NCBI GenBank assembly: GCA_013265495.1
Contig: MU057887.1
Coordinates: forward strand, 941,985-1,005,984
Reading direction: 5' to 3'
DNA length: 64,000 nt
Source of the DNA: Vicugna vicugna
Taxonomy: Eukaryota
Every line of letters starts with the position of its first letter. Position 1 is the stretch's first letter. Of this stretch, positions 24,686-37,720 are shown in pieces. A program made the translations under genes and the position numbers. Below the pieces are notes generated by a model, which made no database searches, was not told the origin of the DNA, and saw only the letters and a program-made list of their open reading frames with translations.

Positions 24686-26341
24686 GAAAAAGAGAGAGAA
24701 ACATCCCAGGGGGTCAACTACTGCCCCAATCGCTTTCCCAGGCCTGACTGCATGGGCCCCTGGACCAAGGCGAGGCTCTCTGGAGCTCACAGTTCAAGTG
24801 GGAAACAGAGAAGGAAACTGCCAAAGTGCAGGGGTTGTGGGAACCCAGGAGAGCCTGATCCTTCCCAGGGGGAGGCTGCCTGGAGGAGGTGGTGCATGCA
24901 CTAGGTGTTGATGAAGGAGTAGGAGCTCATTAGAGAAAGGGGGGGTGTGCCAGGAGGGGTACAGCATGAGCAAGGTCCAGGGAGCTGTCACCATCATCAC
25001 AAAGGGAAGATTTGGCTCAAATGAGCATGATGTGGGTGCTGGATGGGCCCTGAGGCTGGTGGCCTGGAGTTTGGTGGGGGGAGGCTCTCTGCACCTGGAT
25101 GATGTCCTGGGGTGGAGACTGGAGAAGCTGGGGAAGAGGGAGGACAGAGGAGAGGAAAGGCTGAGGCTTCACCAGTGGAGAGCCAAGGTGTGGTGGGCCC
25201 CAGTGTCCAGAGGAGGGAAAGGGGGCCAGGTTTGGGGAATATTCAGGGCTTGGTGACCGTGCTGCGGGGTATTTGGGTTGAGGGCCCTGGCCAGGAGCCT
25301 GGTCTGTGGGTCAGGGTGAAGGGTAGGATCTCCCACCCCAGAAAAGCATATCTGGGCCCCTTCTCTGCCTCCTGCCCCCGTCCCCATTCCTGTTCATCCC
25401 AGTTAGACGTCGCTCTTCTCCCTCAACCCTGTCCCATATTCATCTTTGCTTGGACCATCCTCTCCCCCGAAAGCCCCTCCCTCTCTGAATCTGCCCTTCA
25501 AGGCTTGCAAGCTTCCTCTGCTCTGGCCACATCACCTGTCATGGATGTTCCTGGCCAGGAGCTGGCTAGATGGATAACCCTCTCCAAGCCCCCAGCCTGG
25601 GGAGCAGTTCACCCCACCCATACCGCTGGCCCAGAAGTTTCCTTCTCAGGTGGGTGGTGATGGCCAGAGACCTGGCAGGAGTGTTGTGTTCAGGCTGGTG
25701 TCTGTGCAGACCAAGTGGTCCACACTTAACTGACATTGGTGTGCACACTTGGGCCTCCTGAACAACTGCCCCCTCCCCACTCTGCCTCCTGCCCTGAACC
25801 CCTTTCCTCCACCCCTTCCCTGCACATTCAGATCTGTGTGGCCAGGCCAGTGACAGTCAGCAGATGAAGCCAACTGGGCAGCTATTTGCAGAGCAAGGGA
25901 CTGAATCCTCGCTTGGCTGGGTCCCCCGGGTCTGAGCCTCTCCTGGGAAGTGATCACAGGATTCAAGAATGCGCTGTTTCCGTCTCCGGCCCCCTCATGA
26001 TCAGAGCAACAGCACCGGTGGCGCCAGTCCTGCTGCTCCAGGAGACCACCTGGGCGGGTGCAGAGTGACCCACCCTGCCCAGAGGAACTGGTGCCTGAGC
26101 AGGGCCCTCCCCTGGGCCTCGCCCCCACCCCATCGCCCTAGGAGGTGGTGGAGGGGTAGGTGGGAGAGCCCTAGAAAGGGCTGACTGGGGTTCTTTCCAG
26201 GATAAGGAATGCCCCCACTCTGGCCAAGTTTGGGGGGGTCACCAGGTTGCTAGACCAGAGTCCCACGGGAGCCCGGAGTTGGGCAGCTCCCCACGCTCAG
26301 ACTGTTTGCCCCTGGCCCACCAGGTAGGCCGTGTGCCAGTC

Positions 26342-26755
26342 TGGGGTGGGCTGAAGAGCGTCCCCCTGAAAACACCTGTCCACTCAGAGGCTCAGAACAT
26401 GACCTTATTGGGAAGTAGGGACTCTGCAGATGTGATTAAGGTAAGACTCGAGATGAGATCCCCTTGGATCAGGGTGGGTCCCATATCCAAGGACACATGT
26501 CCTTATAAGAGACAGAAGAGGAGGGAACACAGACACAGAGGAGGAGGCCACATGAAGACAGAGATGATGCAGCCACAAGCCAAGGAGTGCCTGCTGTCCC
26601 CAGGAGCTGGAAGGGACAAGGAAGGATCCTCCCGCTGAAGCCTTCGGAGGGGGCTCAGCCCTGCTGACACATTAATTTAGGACTTCTGGCTCTAGGAAAG
26701 AATGAATTTTTCCCGCTTTAAGCCACCTGGTTTGTGGGACTTCATCGTGGCAACA
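26342..26755 (+). mobile_element. MaLR solo LTR (MLT1-like) in intron 3
   Basis: Contains tgaccttattgggaagtaggg...tgcagatgtgattaag, gtccttataagag, ggccacatgaagacagag, gccacaagccaaggag and tttaagccacctggtttgtgg. Confidence 0.85.
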
Positions 26756-29083
26756 TCAGCTTCCTCTCCACCTGACTTGGTAAACTCCGTGGCCCTGAGG
26801 ACACGGGAGGGGCATGGGCAGGCCTGGCCGCACTATCACAGGGCCAGGGTGCCCTGGTACTCACTTCTCTAGGAAACCTCAAAAGTCACACCCACCCCAT
26901 GTCCACCGCCGTGATAAAATAAGCACCGTGCTTCTGGGAGGACCCCAGTCCCCAGGGTCACTGTGTGGCCACCACCATTGGCCTTTTCCAAAAACTCAGA
27001 CCACACGTGTGCACTGCAGCTCCACGGGTTTGGGGCTGTCGGAAGGACACTGGGGGAAGGAGTATTACAGCCACTGTGCAGGTGAGGAGACTGACTCAGG
27101 AGAAGGACAGGGCCAGCCAGGGCCCCCCACGGACAGTTGGGGACAGCACTGGCTGCTGTCCACTTTATAGGCCTTTCCTGTGGCTGCCCTGTCCCTGCAG
27201 GCCCTCGCACTGCCCAGCTGCTCCCTCACTGCCCCCCGACAGTCTGCTTCTCCTCAGCTCACGGCTTCGCCCCAGTCCAAAACCCCCAACGCGTTGACAC
27301 CCCTCCATCCTCGTCCCCCTGAACAGACCCGGGCCCCATCACCAGCCGCCTTGTTCTCATGCCTCCTGTCTCCCCAGGGCCCGACGCTGCTTGTCTCCGT
27401 TTCCCTGTGCCTTTTTACCACCTGTCAACTGCCAGACACTCCCCCCGACCAAGTCCCCACGTGTAAAATGGGGACCGAGAGACCGTCATCCCGGGGCTGT
27501 GGGAAAGCCCCTGCTCAGGACCTAAGCCACTGCACGGACTCAAAGCTCCATGGTTGAGCTGAGAGTTTAGACGCACCTCCTCCTCCTCCAGGGAGCCCTC
27601 CTGGTGCCTCTGTGTAAGTGAATCTGTCCTTCCTCTGCCCTCTCAGACACAGATGACTGTTCACCTGTGTCTAGAGAAGGAGGCCTACGTGCTGTCTGTG
27701 AGCTCCTTGCAAGCAAAGACGGTCACCCATTTCTTCATTTGACAATAATTTAATAACCACCTGCTGCAAGGCAAACTCCATATCTATAAGATGAAGCCAA
27801 ATCCTTGGCCTGGTGTTCAAGGCCCATTCTGGGCCGGTCCCTGCTTGCTTCTCAAGCCTTGTCACACCCACCCCTTGTGTTCCCCCTACCCCTCACCTCG
27901 CAAGTGTCAGCTCTCTCTGCCTCTGCTCTTCACAGCTCTGGTATGTCCTTCACTTGGACATTCACTGCCTCCAGGAAGCTGCTGTTACCCCTCCCTCAGG
28001 TCCCTGGGCTCTTGCTGTCCCTGGTATGGCCCTGCTCCCCTCATGTGGACCCACTTGGTGCTGGAGAGCTCCCACGGCCAGGGCTATGTCTTACTCCTCC
28101 CTGTCCCCAGTGCCCAGCATAACGTCTGGCACGCAGAAAGAGCAGGGAGTGCTGGCTGAGTAAATGAGCTCAGCTGTGGGCCTGGGGACAGAGGGCACCT
28201 TCACCTCCTCTTTCCTCAGAAAGGCAAGTCTGCCCCGTGCCTGCAGGGCCCCTCAGGCCCTGGAGCCCCGGTGCAGCCCCTCAGGCTGGAAAATCAGACC
28301 CAGAGGCGTTCCGCTCAGCTGGCTGCCCTATCTCTGGCCATCTTGCCGCCTTGGCGGCCTCTCCTCCCAGCCCAGTATCTGGGGCCCTCATCTCCCTGAG
28401 GCTGGGCTGGGCTCGCCCCGACTTCTTCCCCAGTGTGTCTCGGCTTGAATGTCCTCCATTATCATGGCACACACTGCATCCCACCCCATGCATGAAGCCA
28501 GATGCTCCCTAAGACCCCCATTCAGTTTCCACCATTCCTCAGGCTGCTCCTGTTTCCTGGGAACACCCCTTCTTCCAGTCTCATAGCAATTCGAGCCAAA
28601 GGCCACCTCCTCCGGGAAGCCCTTCCCGTTGTATTGTCATGACACCTCTAGAACCAAAGCAGAGACATGGACTGTGGTCCAGGGGCCTCCCCCAACCCTT
28701 TGTCTCCGGCCAGGTCCTGCTCCCATTCTGTGTGTAAATAGGGTCCCTGTCTCATCTCTGCTGCCCACCAGCTGAGGGCCGCAGGCATACTACTTTATCA
28801 CTCCCAGCCTTCGTTTCCAAATCTTTGTAATGGGAACAGTAAGGCCCCCCTCTTAGAGCTGCTGGGACAGACAGAGGTGAAGGCCTGTGCTCAGCATCAC
28901 CCATTCCGCACCTTCTGGGTTCAGTTCACCAATTCCCTCTGCTAGGAGAGGTGCCCAAATCTCAGAGGAGTCAAGACCCTCCCTGGGTGATGCTGCAGTC
29001 ACACCTAACACAGGCCTGCCCCTCCCAGTCCCGCCCCACCCCGCCCAGCACCGCCCAGCACCGCCCCGCCCCGCCCAGCATCA

Positions 29084-29355
29084 CTTCCTGCCGGCCTCGT
29101 TGTTGTGCAGGTTCATCAGGCGCCTGGCGTTTTTCTTGATCTCGCGGGCGTCCACGAAGCGGCGGGAGAAGTCGATGCCGTAGCGCACGTCGGCGGAGCA
29201 GCCGCCCCACTTCCAGCCCTCGGCCTGGTTGTAGTAGCCCTGCTTTTCGCGGTCGCACCCGCAGTTGCTCAGGTTGCCCTGGCTGCAGGCGGCGGTGACG
29301 GCGTGGGCCACGCCGGCTGCGGTGATGGCGTACGTGAAGGCCGCCTCACGGCTCC
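29084..29355 (-). CDS. WNT7B: Wnt-7b coding exon 3 (272 nt); 5' splice donor abnormal as assembled
   Basis: Acceptor is cccctccccacag|GG. Translates (G)[90 protein letters not shown], with the Wnt motifs WKWGGCS and MNLHNN. It is followed by TGATGC rather than GT. Confidence 0.96.
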
Positions 29356-29429
29356 CTGTGGGGAGGGGACGGTGCAGACGGTGAAGCCCCGCAGTCTCTA
29401 CCCGGTGGGCTCAGGGGACCTAGTGCTGG

Positions 29430-29575
29430 GCCCTGGTCCTGCTGCCGGCCGGCTGTGTGACCCTGGGCTCAGCACGTGCCCTCTCTGAGCTTCTGACTCA
29501 GCAAAATGAGGCTAATGGAACCCACCTTGCAGGGCTGTGGTGAGGACAGTATACAGTGGGCACTCAATGAATGCC
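29430..29575 (+). mobile_element. MIR
   Basis: ctgtgtgaccctgggc...cctctctgagcttc...aaaatgaggctaat...agggctgtggtgagga. Confidence 0.55.
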
Positions 29576-32189
29576 ACGGCCCTGCCACCGGCACGTAAGA
29601 CACTTCTCTTCCTGTCCCAGGAGCCTGGGCTGGAGGGGCCCAGTTTCCTCCTGGGAGACAGCACTGGGGGGCCCTGGGAGGGGATGTTTGGGGCCCGCAC
29701 CTCTGCCAGCCTCCCAGTGCTGCTCTTCACGCACCAGGTACTTGTGCTGACCCCTTTGGGGGCTCCGCACCCACTAGCCAGGAGCCAGGCAGGATCCCCG
29801 CCGCTCAGAGCAAACCGCGGGCTCTTTGTAGCTGTCTCTCTCTTTCTAGCCAATCACTCCATCACCCGGCTAGGCCTCCTGAATCTCCCTTCTCCCACTC
29901 CCCTGCCTGCTTCAGGGGCCCCTGAACTGCCAGGCTTGGGAGCCATTCCTCCCTGCCTCCCTCACCCCCTAGCCACCATCCAGGTGGCTTCAGACTGCAC
30001 TTCTAATCCCTGGCCAGCACCCCCTGCCACTTGCCCTCGCTCTCCTCCGCCTGAGGTGGAAAGGGAAAGCCTGCAGTCCAAGCCTGAAGTCCACGCCTGG
30101 CTGGACCCCCCAGCCCTCTCTCCCCATCCTCCACCCAAAACAACTCAAATTCCAGTGCTGCTCACATGTTCCTGGGTTTCCTGATCTTTTTGGTGGACTG
30201 TTTTCTTCCCCTCCATGCCCAAATTTTAACAACCTTCCAAGGCCAGTGCCAATGTCTCCTCCTCCAGGCAGCCTTCTCAGACCACCAGCCAGATGGAAGA
30301 TCAGGCTACCTGACCTCCCTCAGTGGCAGATCTCTCTCACTGCTCTTGACACTGTCCACCTGGTAAGTCCTACCACTGATACTTCCTGGATCCACATGGG
30401 TCAGAGGCCCCTTAGATGGACGGATCCAGCTCTTCATTCTTTATTTTCCACAGTCCCCAGCCTAAGCATCCTGTCTTCCTGGCCCCTGTCTCTCGGGCCC
30501 CTCTTGCCTTGCGCACGAGCACATAGGCTTCCTGCAGACCATGGCTAGTTCTGTGTAGTTCCCAGCACCTGCCACTGTGGGTACGGAGCTCAGAGATGCC
30601 GACTGGACCAAAGCCAAGCTCTGGTGAGGGAATCCCACCGCCCTCAACAATAGCGGGACATGGCCGAGTCGGTCTCGGGAGGGGCCGTTGGAAACCCAAG
30701 ACCCTATCCTTGCACAAGCTCTGTGCTTGTGCCCTGCAAATGCCAACGGGCCCTTCTGTGTGCTTGGCTGTTGTTCCCTGTTATTGGGGACCAGCATGAT
30801 TCCCCCAGATTGCGAGATGGTTGAGGGTCATTCTACAAATATCCACTGAGCACCGACTGCATGCCCAGCCTGGTGCTGGGCTCTGACTGTGTTCTAAGGT
30901 CCCCCTCCTCACCCACCAATTGGCTGAAGGGGGCTCACCTTGATGGAGTCCCCATTCCCCAGGGTTGGGGGCTCACCCTCAGGGAGGTCCTTATTCATCA
31001 GGGTGGGGGCCTCACCCTCAGTGGGGTCCTTGTTCCCTGGGGGGTCACTTATCTGGGGCCCCTGTTCTCGGTGTCTCTCCCATTTAGGGTGAGACCCACT
31101 GGTCTCTGGGGCCCGGGGAAGAGGAGGCTTTGGCTGGCCTCTGCCATCACAGAGGGGGCTGTGGCTTCCTGGACACTTCCATCCTCTGGAAAGAGCTGAG
31201 GAGGGAGTGGTGTTGGGCGTTCCTTCCTCCCCAGAAAGACCAGGGTCTGCAAAGGGCATGGGGCAGCACTGCCTTCTTAGGGCCTGGCTGCACATCCAGT
31301 CTCTCCTCCCCGATGGGCCCTTCAGCCCACACTCCTGCCTCCCGGCCTGGGGACCTGCCCACTGCATGGGACCCACTCTGCGGGCACCACCCAGTGAGAA
31401 GCCGTCTCTTAGTGCAGTGAGTGGCTCTCGGAGGAGCACAGAGGAGTCCTGGTCCCTGGGCTGTTGAGGCCACCAGCTGGGAGTACCAGCCAGACACAGG
31501 GACAGGGAGAGTATGGTGTGAAGTGGGTTATTGAACTCCAAGCCCAGCAGGGCCAGCCAACAAGCTCACACACGGGCATGCATGAGCAGGGAGGCAGCGG
31601 TGTCGAGGAAAGGAGGTGACCACAGAGCTCTGCAAGAAGGGGCAGGGAGAACCATGGAACCTCAAAGGATGCCTGGACCTCCCTCTCTGGGGGGGTGGAG
31701 TCAAGGAAGCCTTCCTGTAGGAGGTGACACCTTCAAGAAAGTCTTCATGAGAAGTGTGAGTTAACTCCCTGTGAGTGTGTGACTTAGCATGTGAGTGTGT
31801 ATGGTGTGTGTATACGTATATGTATATGGTGTGTGTGTGGTGGGTGCTTGCTCCTGGTGCACATGAGGCAGGAGCAACGGTGCAGGGGTGTGAAACAGTT
31901 TGGTGTTGCTGGTGCTGGAAGTATGAGATCACGGGACAGGAAAAGAGGTGGCTGAAGTCCGAGGGCGCCAGATTGTGGGTGGCCAGAGACGTCCTGTGAA
32001 GACGATGGCACTTTGTGTGGCTGCTGGGGCAAGAGGCTATGGGATTTGGACCTAAGTCTGGCTTCATGAGGGATGGGGACCCTGGGACTATCTAGAAAGC
32101 AGACCGGCAAAGCCATGCCTGTAGCATCATCACCACTGCCAGCCCCCAGCTCTCACAGTGCCAGCAGCTCTCTGACCCTTAACGCCTGT

Positions 32190-32340
32190 TCTCACTGAAC
32201 TGTCCCGACAATCATGCAATACAGGTTTCATTCTCAGTCCCCTATTTCAGATGAGGACACTGAGGCACACAGAAAGTATGAAACTAGGTGTTAGTGGCTG
32301 AAGCAGGATTTGAACCCAGGCAGTGGAATCAAAGCCCAGC
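32190..32340 (-). mobile_element. MIR
   Basis: ccctatttcagatgaggacactgaggcacacagaaag...ggatttgaacccaggcagt. Confidence 0.7.
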
Positions 32341-35300
32341 GAGGCAGAGGGAGGGGCTTGGGGCCTGGGGTGCGGGTCATCGGAGGCCACCCTGCCCCCC
32401 GGTTTGGCCCCTTTGCAGCTAAGTGACCTGGGGTAGGAGGAGACAGGAGAAGTGGTGTGCACGGCCCCCTCGGGAAGGAGATGCTGCATTTGGACCATCC
32501 ATGGACCTGAGGTGTGCAGTGGCGGGGCGCTAACCGGCAGGTGAAGGCTGGTTGGGAGCCCTGGAGAGGCGGAGCTAGCCTCCGAGTGGGCGTGTCACAA
32601 GCTAGGCCCCCAGAGGGGGTTAGAAATCTCCACCAGTTGTGAATTCACACCAAGAGGCCAGGCGGATGGAGCTTAAAAGTCCCAAACCAAGCCCTGCCTC
32701 AGCCAGGGCGATGGGGGCGTGTCCTCAGAGGCCTGGGACCCACCACCACCTGCGACCCTCTTCTCCCCAAATGCCCGTCCTCCCCAGTGGCAGCCAGATG
32801 GGGGACTCCTACGCCTTTCATCCTCCAGCCCCGCAGGCAGGCCAGCAGGCACGAGGTCAGGCCTGGAGTTTGGAGGGCATTTCACAAAGCCCTCCCTCCC
32901 ATCCTTTCTGCTCCCACGGGGTTTCTGCCCGTGCCCAGCTCAGACCCAGTTACTCATGAGTCACTCACTGGGCTGCCACTCTTGCTAATTCCCTTTTTAT
33001 TTGGCTTTAATAAGCCACACCCTCTCGTCTCACCATGGAGACGAGGGGGAGGCGAGCAGTGAGAGTCGTAGTTTGGGGAGAATCAGCAAGGACAGCATTG
33101 GGTCCTGGATCCAGGGGTTCCCGGGGCCCCGTTTCATAGAACTGAATGCTGGCTCAGAGGGCTTCCCCACTTCGCCGGGTCACAGTGCGCCCAGGCATGG
33201 AGGGAGGAGACGGTCCCCTGCCAAAATCACCACTGGGGCTGTCTTGCAGCCCCCACAAGTCACCTACATGTCCTCCGGGGCAAGAATGAGTCAGTGTTTA
33301 GATTTAGAAAGAAGCCCCTTGAACCCGTGGGCCTTGCCCAGCAAACGTCGATGGCTCCCTGGGCCTCCGAGATGCCCTCCAGCCCCAGAGGCCTGACCCC
33401 ACCCGTCCCACCCGCCACTCACTCCCTGAGCCTGGCTCTGCCAGGTCCAATAGCTGGTCCGCCTGTGGGCAGGTGCAGCCACGTCCTGCGCACACCGCTC
33501 TTCTGGAATAGAGGGCAGCCTGGTTCCCACCGCCTGCCCTGATGGATGCTGGCCCGCTCTCTGCCTGGACTGCCTGCCTGCATTCCCACATGTCTGCAGC
33601 TCACCCAGGCTCTGAATGCTGCAGGGAAGCTCCCTGCTCCCAGAAGCCCCACTGAGGTGAAGCGCCCTCCTCTGGGCTCTTGCCAGGTGCCCGGTGGGCT
33701 GCAGGGGTGGTGGGTAGGCTCCATGTCTGATTCTTTGTGTACCCCTGCCCCGCAGCATCATTCCTGGAGCCCACACAAGAGCAGGGCTGGGGCTGGACAC
33801 ACTACATGCATCACCTTCTTTTATCTCCCTGACCACACCATGGAATAGGTCCTCTAAGACCCATCTCACAGGTGGGAACACAGAGCCTCAGAGGCAGGAA
33901 GTGGTTTGCTCCGGGCGGTAACGGCCACTTGAGCTCAGCACTACTCCAGATGTGTCTGGTGATGGGGCTGGGGAGTTGGGTGAAGGCAGCAGGGATGGTC
34001 TGTGTCGGGCCAGCAGCTCTCTTAGAGGTACACTTTGGTCTGGGAGGCCTAGGGCCCCCTCTTGGGAACCAGAGCCCCTCCCAGCAGGGATGTGCACCCT
34101 TAGACAGCAGACCCAGCAGCAGTGTCCTGCAGTCTCCCTGGAAAATGTCAAAGACAGACAGGCAGGCCACACAATGGCCACCCCTTTCCATGGCCCTCAT
34201 AAGCCCTGAGCGGGTCCCTGAGTGCACTGGTCCTGACTGAGGCCCCGCTGCTTCTAGGGCAGTCTGTGTCTGGCACCTGGCAGGTCAAGATGGGCTCCAT
34301 TAGCCACAGAGGCCCCCTGGCCTGAGGTTTTGGGAAAGCCCCGGACTTGTAGTCTCACACCTGCTGTGTGGCCCCAAGCAAGTTACAAACCCTCTCTGAG
34401 CCTGTGCCCCCATTTGCCCCATGGCCCCAGGCGCAACTCTAAGAGCAAACAAGACAAACAGGCATCGCCCTCACTGTCACCAAATGTCAAGTGGGCCTGG
34501 CTGGCCAGGGATGACCAGGCACCATGCAGGACTCTTAGGACAGGCCCAGGCATCTCTCTGTGCTGTCTGGAGCGTCCTCCCAGGCAGCCTGCCCAGCTGC
34601 ACCCGCCATGCATATTCTGGATAAATCTGGAGCAGCAGAGCCCTCCAAGACCACTGCCCCATGGGTAAACCAAGGCACTGGCCACTCAGGGACCATCCAG
34701 CTCTGCTCTCTTTTCTATTGGGTATTCAAACTTAAGCCCCCACTGAGGACAGCCCCCTGCCCTGCTCTGTGCCCACCTGACCCAAGACCCAGGGACAGGG
34801 GGCCTGCCTGGGACAGCAGGTTCTAGCCCACCCTGCCATCACCTCACTCTGACCTCGAGGGGATGCTGGGGACCAGGCAGATCTTTGTGAGCAGTTCCTG
34901 GAGGGGACAAATGTGGCCCCCGATCAACACAGGGGCCTGAGCAGAACAGGGCTCCCCTCACGCTCCCAGGGAAGAGCAGGGGGCTGTGCCCACCCTTCCC
35001 AGGCCCCAGGCACCATCCCCCACTGTCCACTCAAAGCTACTTACCACTTCCTAGCATCCACAGCAGCTGGCGCACTATTTTTAGAAAGCCACCAAAAGCC
35101 CTAATTGTGCTCATAGCGACCTGATTAACTGCAGACCTGGGGAGGCAAGGTGAGAAAGGCACTTGGTTCCCTCTGAGTAGGAGAACTGGGAATCTGGACT
35201 CTCAGTGCTGGAGAGGGTCTCAGGGACCATCCTGTGCTACCCTACAAGGAGTCTGAGGTCCAGAGAGGGATAGCATGCTGCCTAAGGTCACACAGCAGCC

Positions 35301-35849
35301 CAGGAAGTAGGGGAGCCCAGGCCTGACATTCTGAAATGATTGAGGTGAGATCATAGGTCTCGGTGCTACACACAGTCCCAGAGATGGGGCTGAGAGACTG
35401 AGACCTCAAGTTCAAGTCCAGACCCTAAAATTGGGGTGAGGTGGGGTGGGGTGGGGTGACCTTGGACCAGCCAAGGGGACTTTCCGTGTCTCAACATCCC
35501 CACTTTGCAAAGTGAGGATAATTGCTCCGATACGGCCGCGGTCCTGGGAGGCAGGGCTGGCCCCAGCACACAGGGTTGCTGACTGAGCTTCATGCCCACA
35601 CGTGTGACACACACCACACATGGGCTCTTTGCGGGTGTACACAGGTTTGGTCATCCGTGCGTCCCTATGCATGTGTCCCTGGGCATGTACCTGGACTTAC
35701 GTAGAAATGCAGTTCCCGTGAGTGTGAGCAAGTGTGTGCCCTTGTGTGTGTGCACCTGTGTGTGTGCCCAGGCTTGTGGCCAACACAACTCATGCTGTCA
35801 AACCTGCCTCTCTGCCAACGTGGACTTGCCCCTCTTTAAAAAAAAAAAA

Positions 35850-36747
35850 AACAGACTTTTCTACAATTCACCAGTAAAAAGGCAAATAACCGAATTAAAA
35901 ATGGGCGGAGGATCTGAATAGACATTTCTCCAAAGAAGGTATAAAAATGGACTCTGAGCCCACCAAAAGATGCTCAACATTGTTGACCCCCGAGGAAATG
36001 CAGATCAAAACCACGACGAGCTAGCACTTCATTCCCACTAAAACAGTGGCTAAACTGAAAAGAGGGACAGTAGCAAGTGTTGACAAGGACGTGGAGCACC
36101 AGAACCTTCACACACCGCTGGTGGGATGTCAGTCATGCAGCCACTACGGAAACAGTTTGGCAGTTCCTCAAAACATTAAATACAGAGTTACTATTTAAGC
36201 CGGCAATCCCCCTTCTAGGTATATACCCAAGAGACGTGAACATGTGCCCACACAGCAACCTGTACGTGAATACTCACAGCAGCATCAGTCACAAGAGCCA
36301 AAAGGTGGAAACAACCCAAATGCCCATCAGCGGGTGAATGAATGGGTAAAGAAAGCGTGGTGTCTCTACACGATGAAATACTATTCAGCCATGCAAAGGA
36401 ACGGAGTCCTGACACAGGCTACGTATGACACGGACGAACCTTGAAAACGTGTTCACTGAAGATGCTAAACACAAAAGGCCACGTATTGTATGATTCCCCT
36501 GATGTGAAATGTCCAGAATAGATAAACCCACAGAGACAGAAAACAAATGAGTATTGCCAAGGACAAGGGGGACTGGAGGAAGATAGCCATGGGGCAGAGG
36601 ACTTTGGGGGGTGATGAGAATATTGTGAAACTGACTATGGTGATGGTCGCACAACCTGTGACTACACTAACAATCTCTGAACTGTGCACTTAAATGGATC
36701 AGTTCTATGGTATGTGAACTCTCTCTCAATAAAAGCAGTTATAAAAA
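35850..36747 (+). mobile_element. L1MB-like 3' fragment in intron 2
   Basis: Contains gatctgaatagacatttctccaaagaag, tttggcagttcctcaaaacattaaa, cacaaaaggccacgtattgtatgattcc and a terminal ctcaataaaag. Confidence 0.88.
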
Positions 36748-37329
36748 CGCAGCATCTCATGGTTTTAGGGGATTCCATACAACTTGTCCTACTCTATTTA
36801 GACCCTCATGGGGCCCCACAGCACAGTGAGAACGCTTGGCTCAGAGGAGGCAAGAGACTGGCCTGAGGTCACACGGCAGGCTAACCACAGAGCTGGCGTC
36901 TGACCCAGGACCCCAGAGCCTATGCTTGGGCCACCCGCCCACCACCAGAACAGGGAAACTGCATGGTCTGTGTCCCACCTCACTGACCAGGCCTGGGACC
37001 CAGGCAACCTGCTTGCCTCCTCTTCCTTCCCTCACTCCCCTGTTACCATCCACGTCTCCCCAGCACCATGCATAGCACCATGCATAGCCCTCCTGGCCAA
37101 CCCCAGAGTCCCAGGGGTGAGGCCCTGGCACCCATCCATCCTCAAGCTCAAGGCAAAGCACATAGCGGGGCAAGACTGACATATCACAGCCCAGGGGACT
37201 AATGGACTGGGAGGGGGCTCACAGGGAGTGCAGGCAGAGGGCCTCAGTTAGAACCATGGAGGGGTCAGCAGGACAGGGAGGCTGTAGGGAGGGACTTGGG
37301 TGGAGGGTGACCAGTGCGGGCCCCTCATA

Positions 37330-37720
37330 AGAAGGATGCTGAAGGCAGGTCCTGAATGACAAAAGTGAGCCATGTAAGGGTGCAGGGAACAGTGTTCAGG
37401 CAGAGGGAACAGCAATGCTAAGGTCCTGAGGAGGGAATGAGCTGGGCATGTGTGGTTTGATGCAGGAGAGTCACACTGGGTCGTCTTTGGGAGCCTATGG
37501 GGAGGATTTTAGATTTTACTCTACAAAGATGAAGAGCCCCTGCAGGGTGCTGCTTTGGCTGACATTGGAAAGGACCCTCTGGCTGACGGTAGGGGGTGGT
37601 GGAAGCAGGGGGACCCACAGGGAGGCTGTTGAAGGGTCTGGGTGAGAAATGCTGATGGCCTCCCAGGGGAGGAGGTGAGTGGCCAGGCTTGGGACACAGT
37701 CTGAGGGTGGAGCCAATGAG
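37330..37720 (-). mobile_element. L2 fragment
   Basis: caggcagagggaacagcaatgctaaggtcctgagg...ggattttagattttactct...gaaaggaccctctggctg. Confidence 0.6.
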
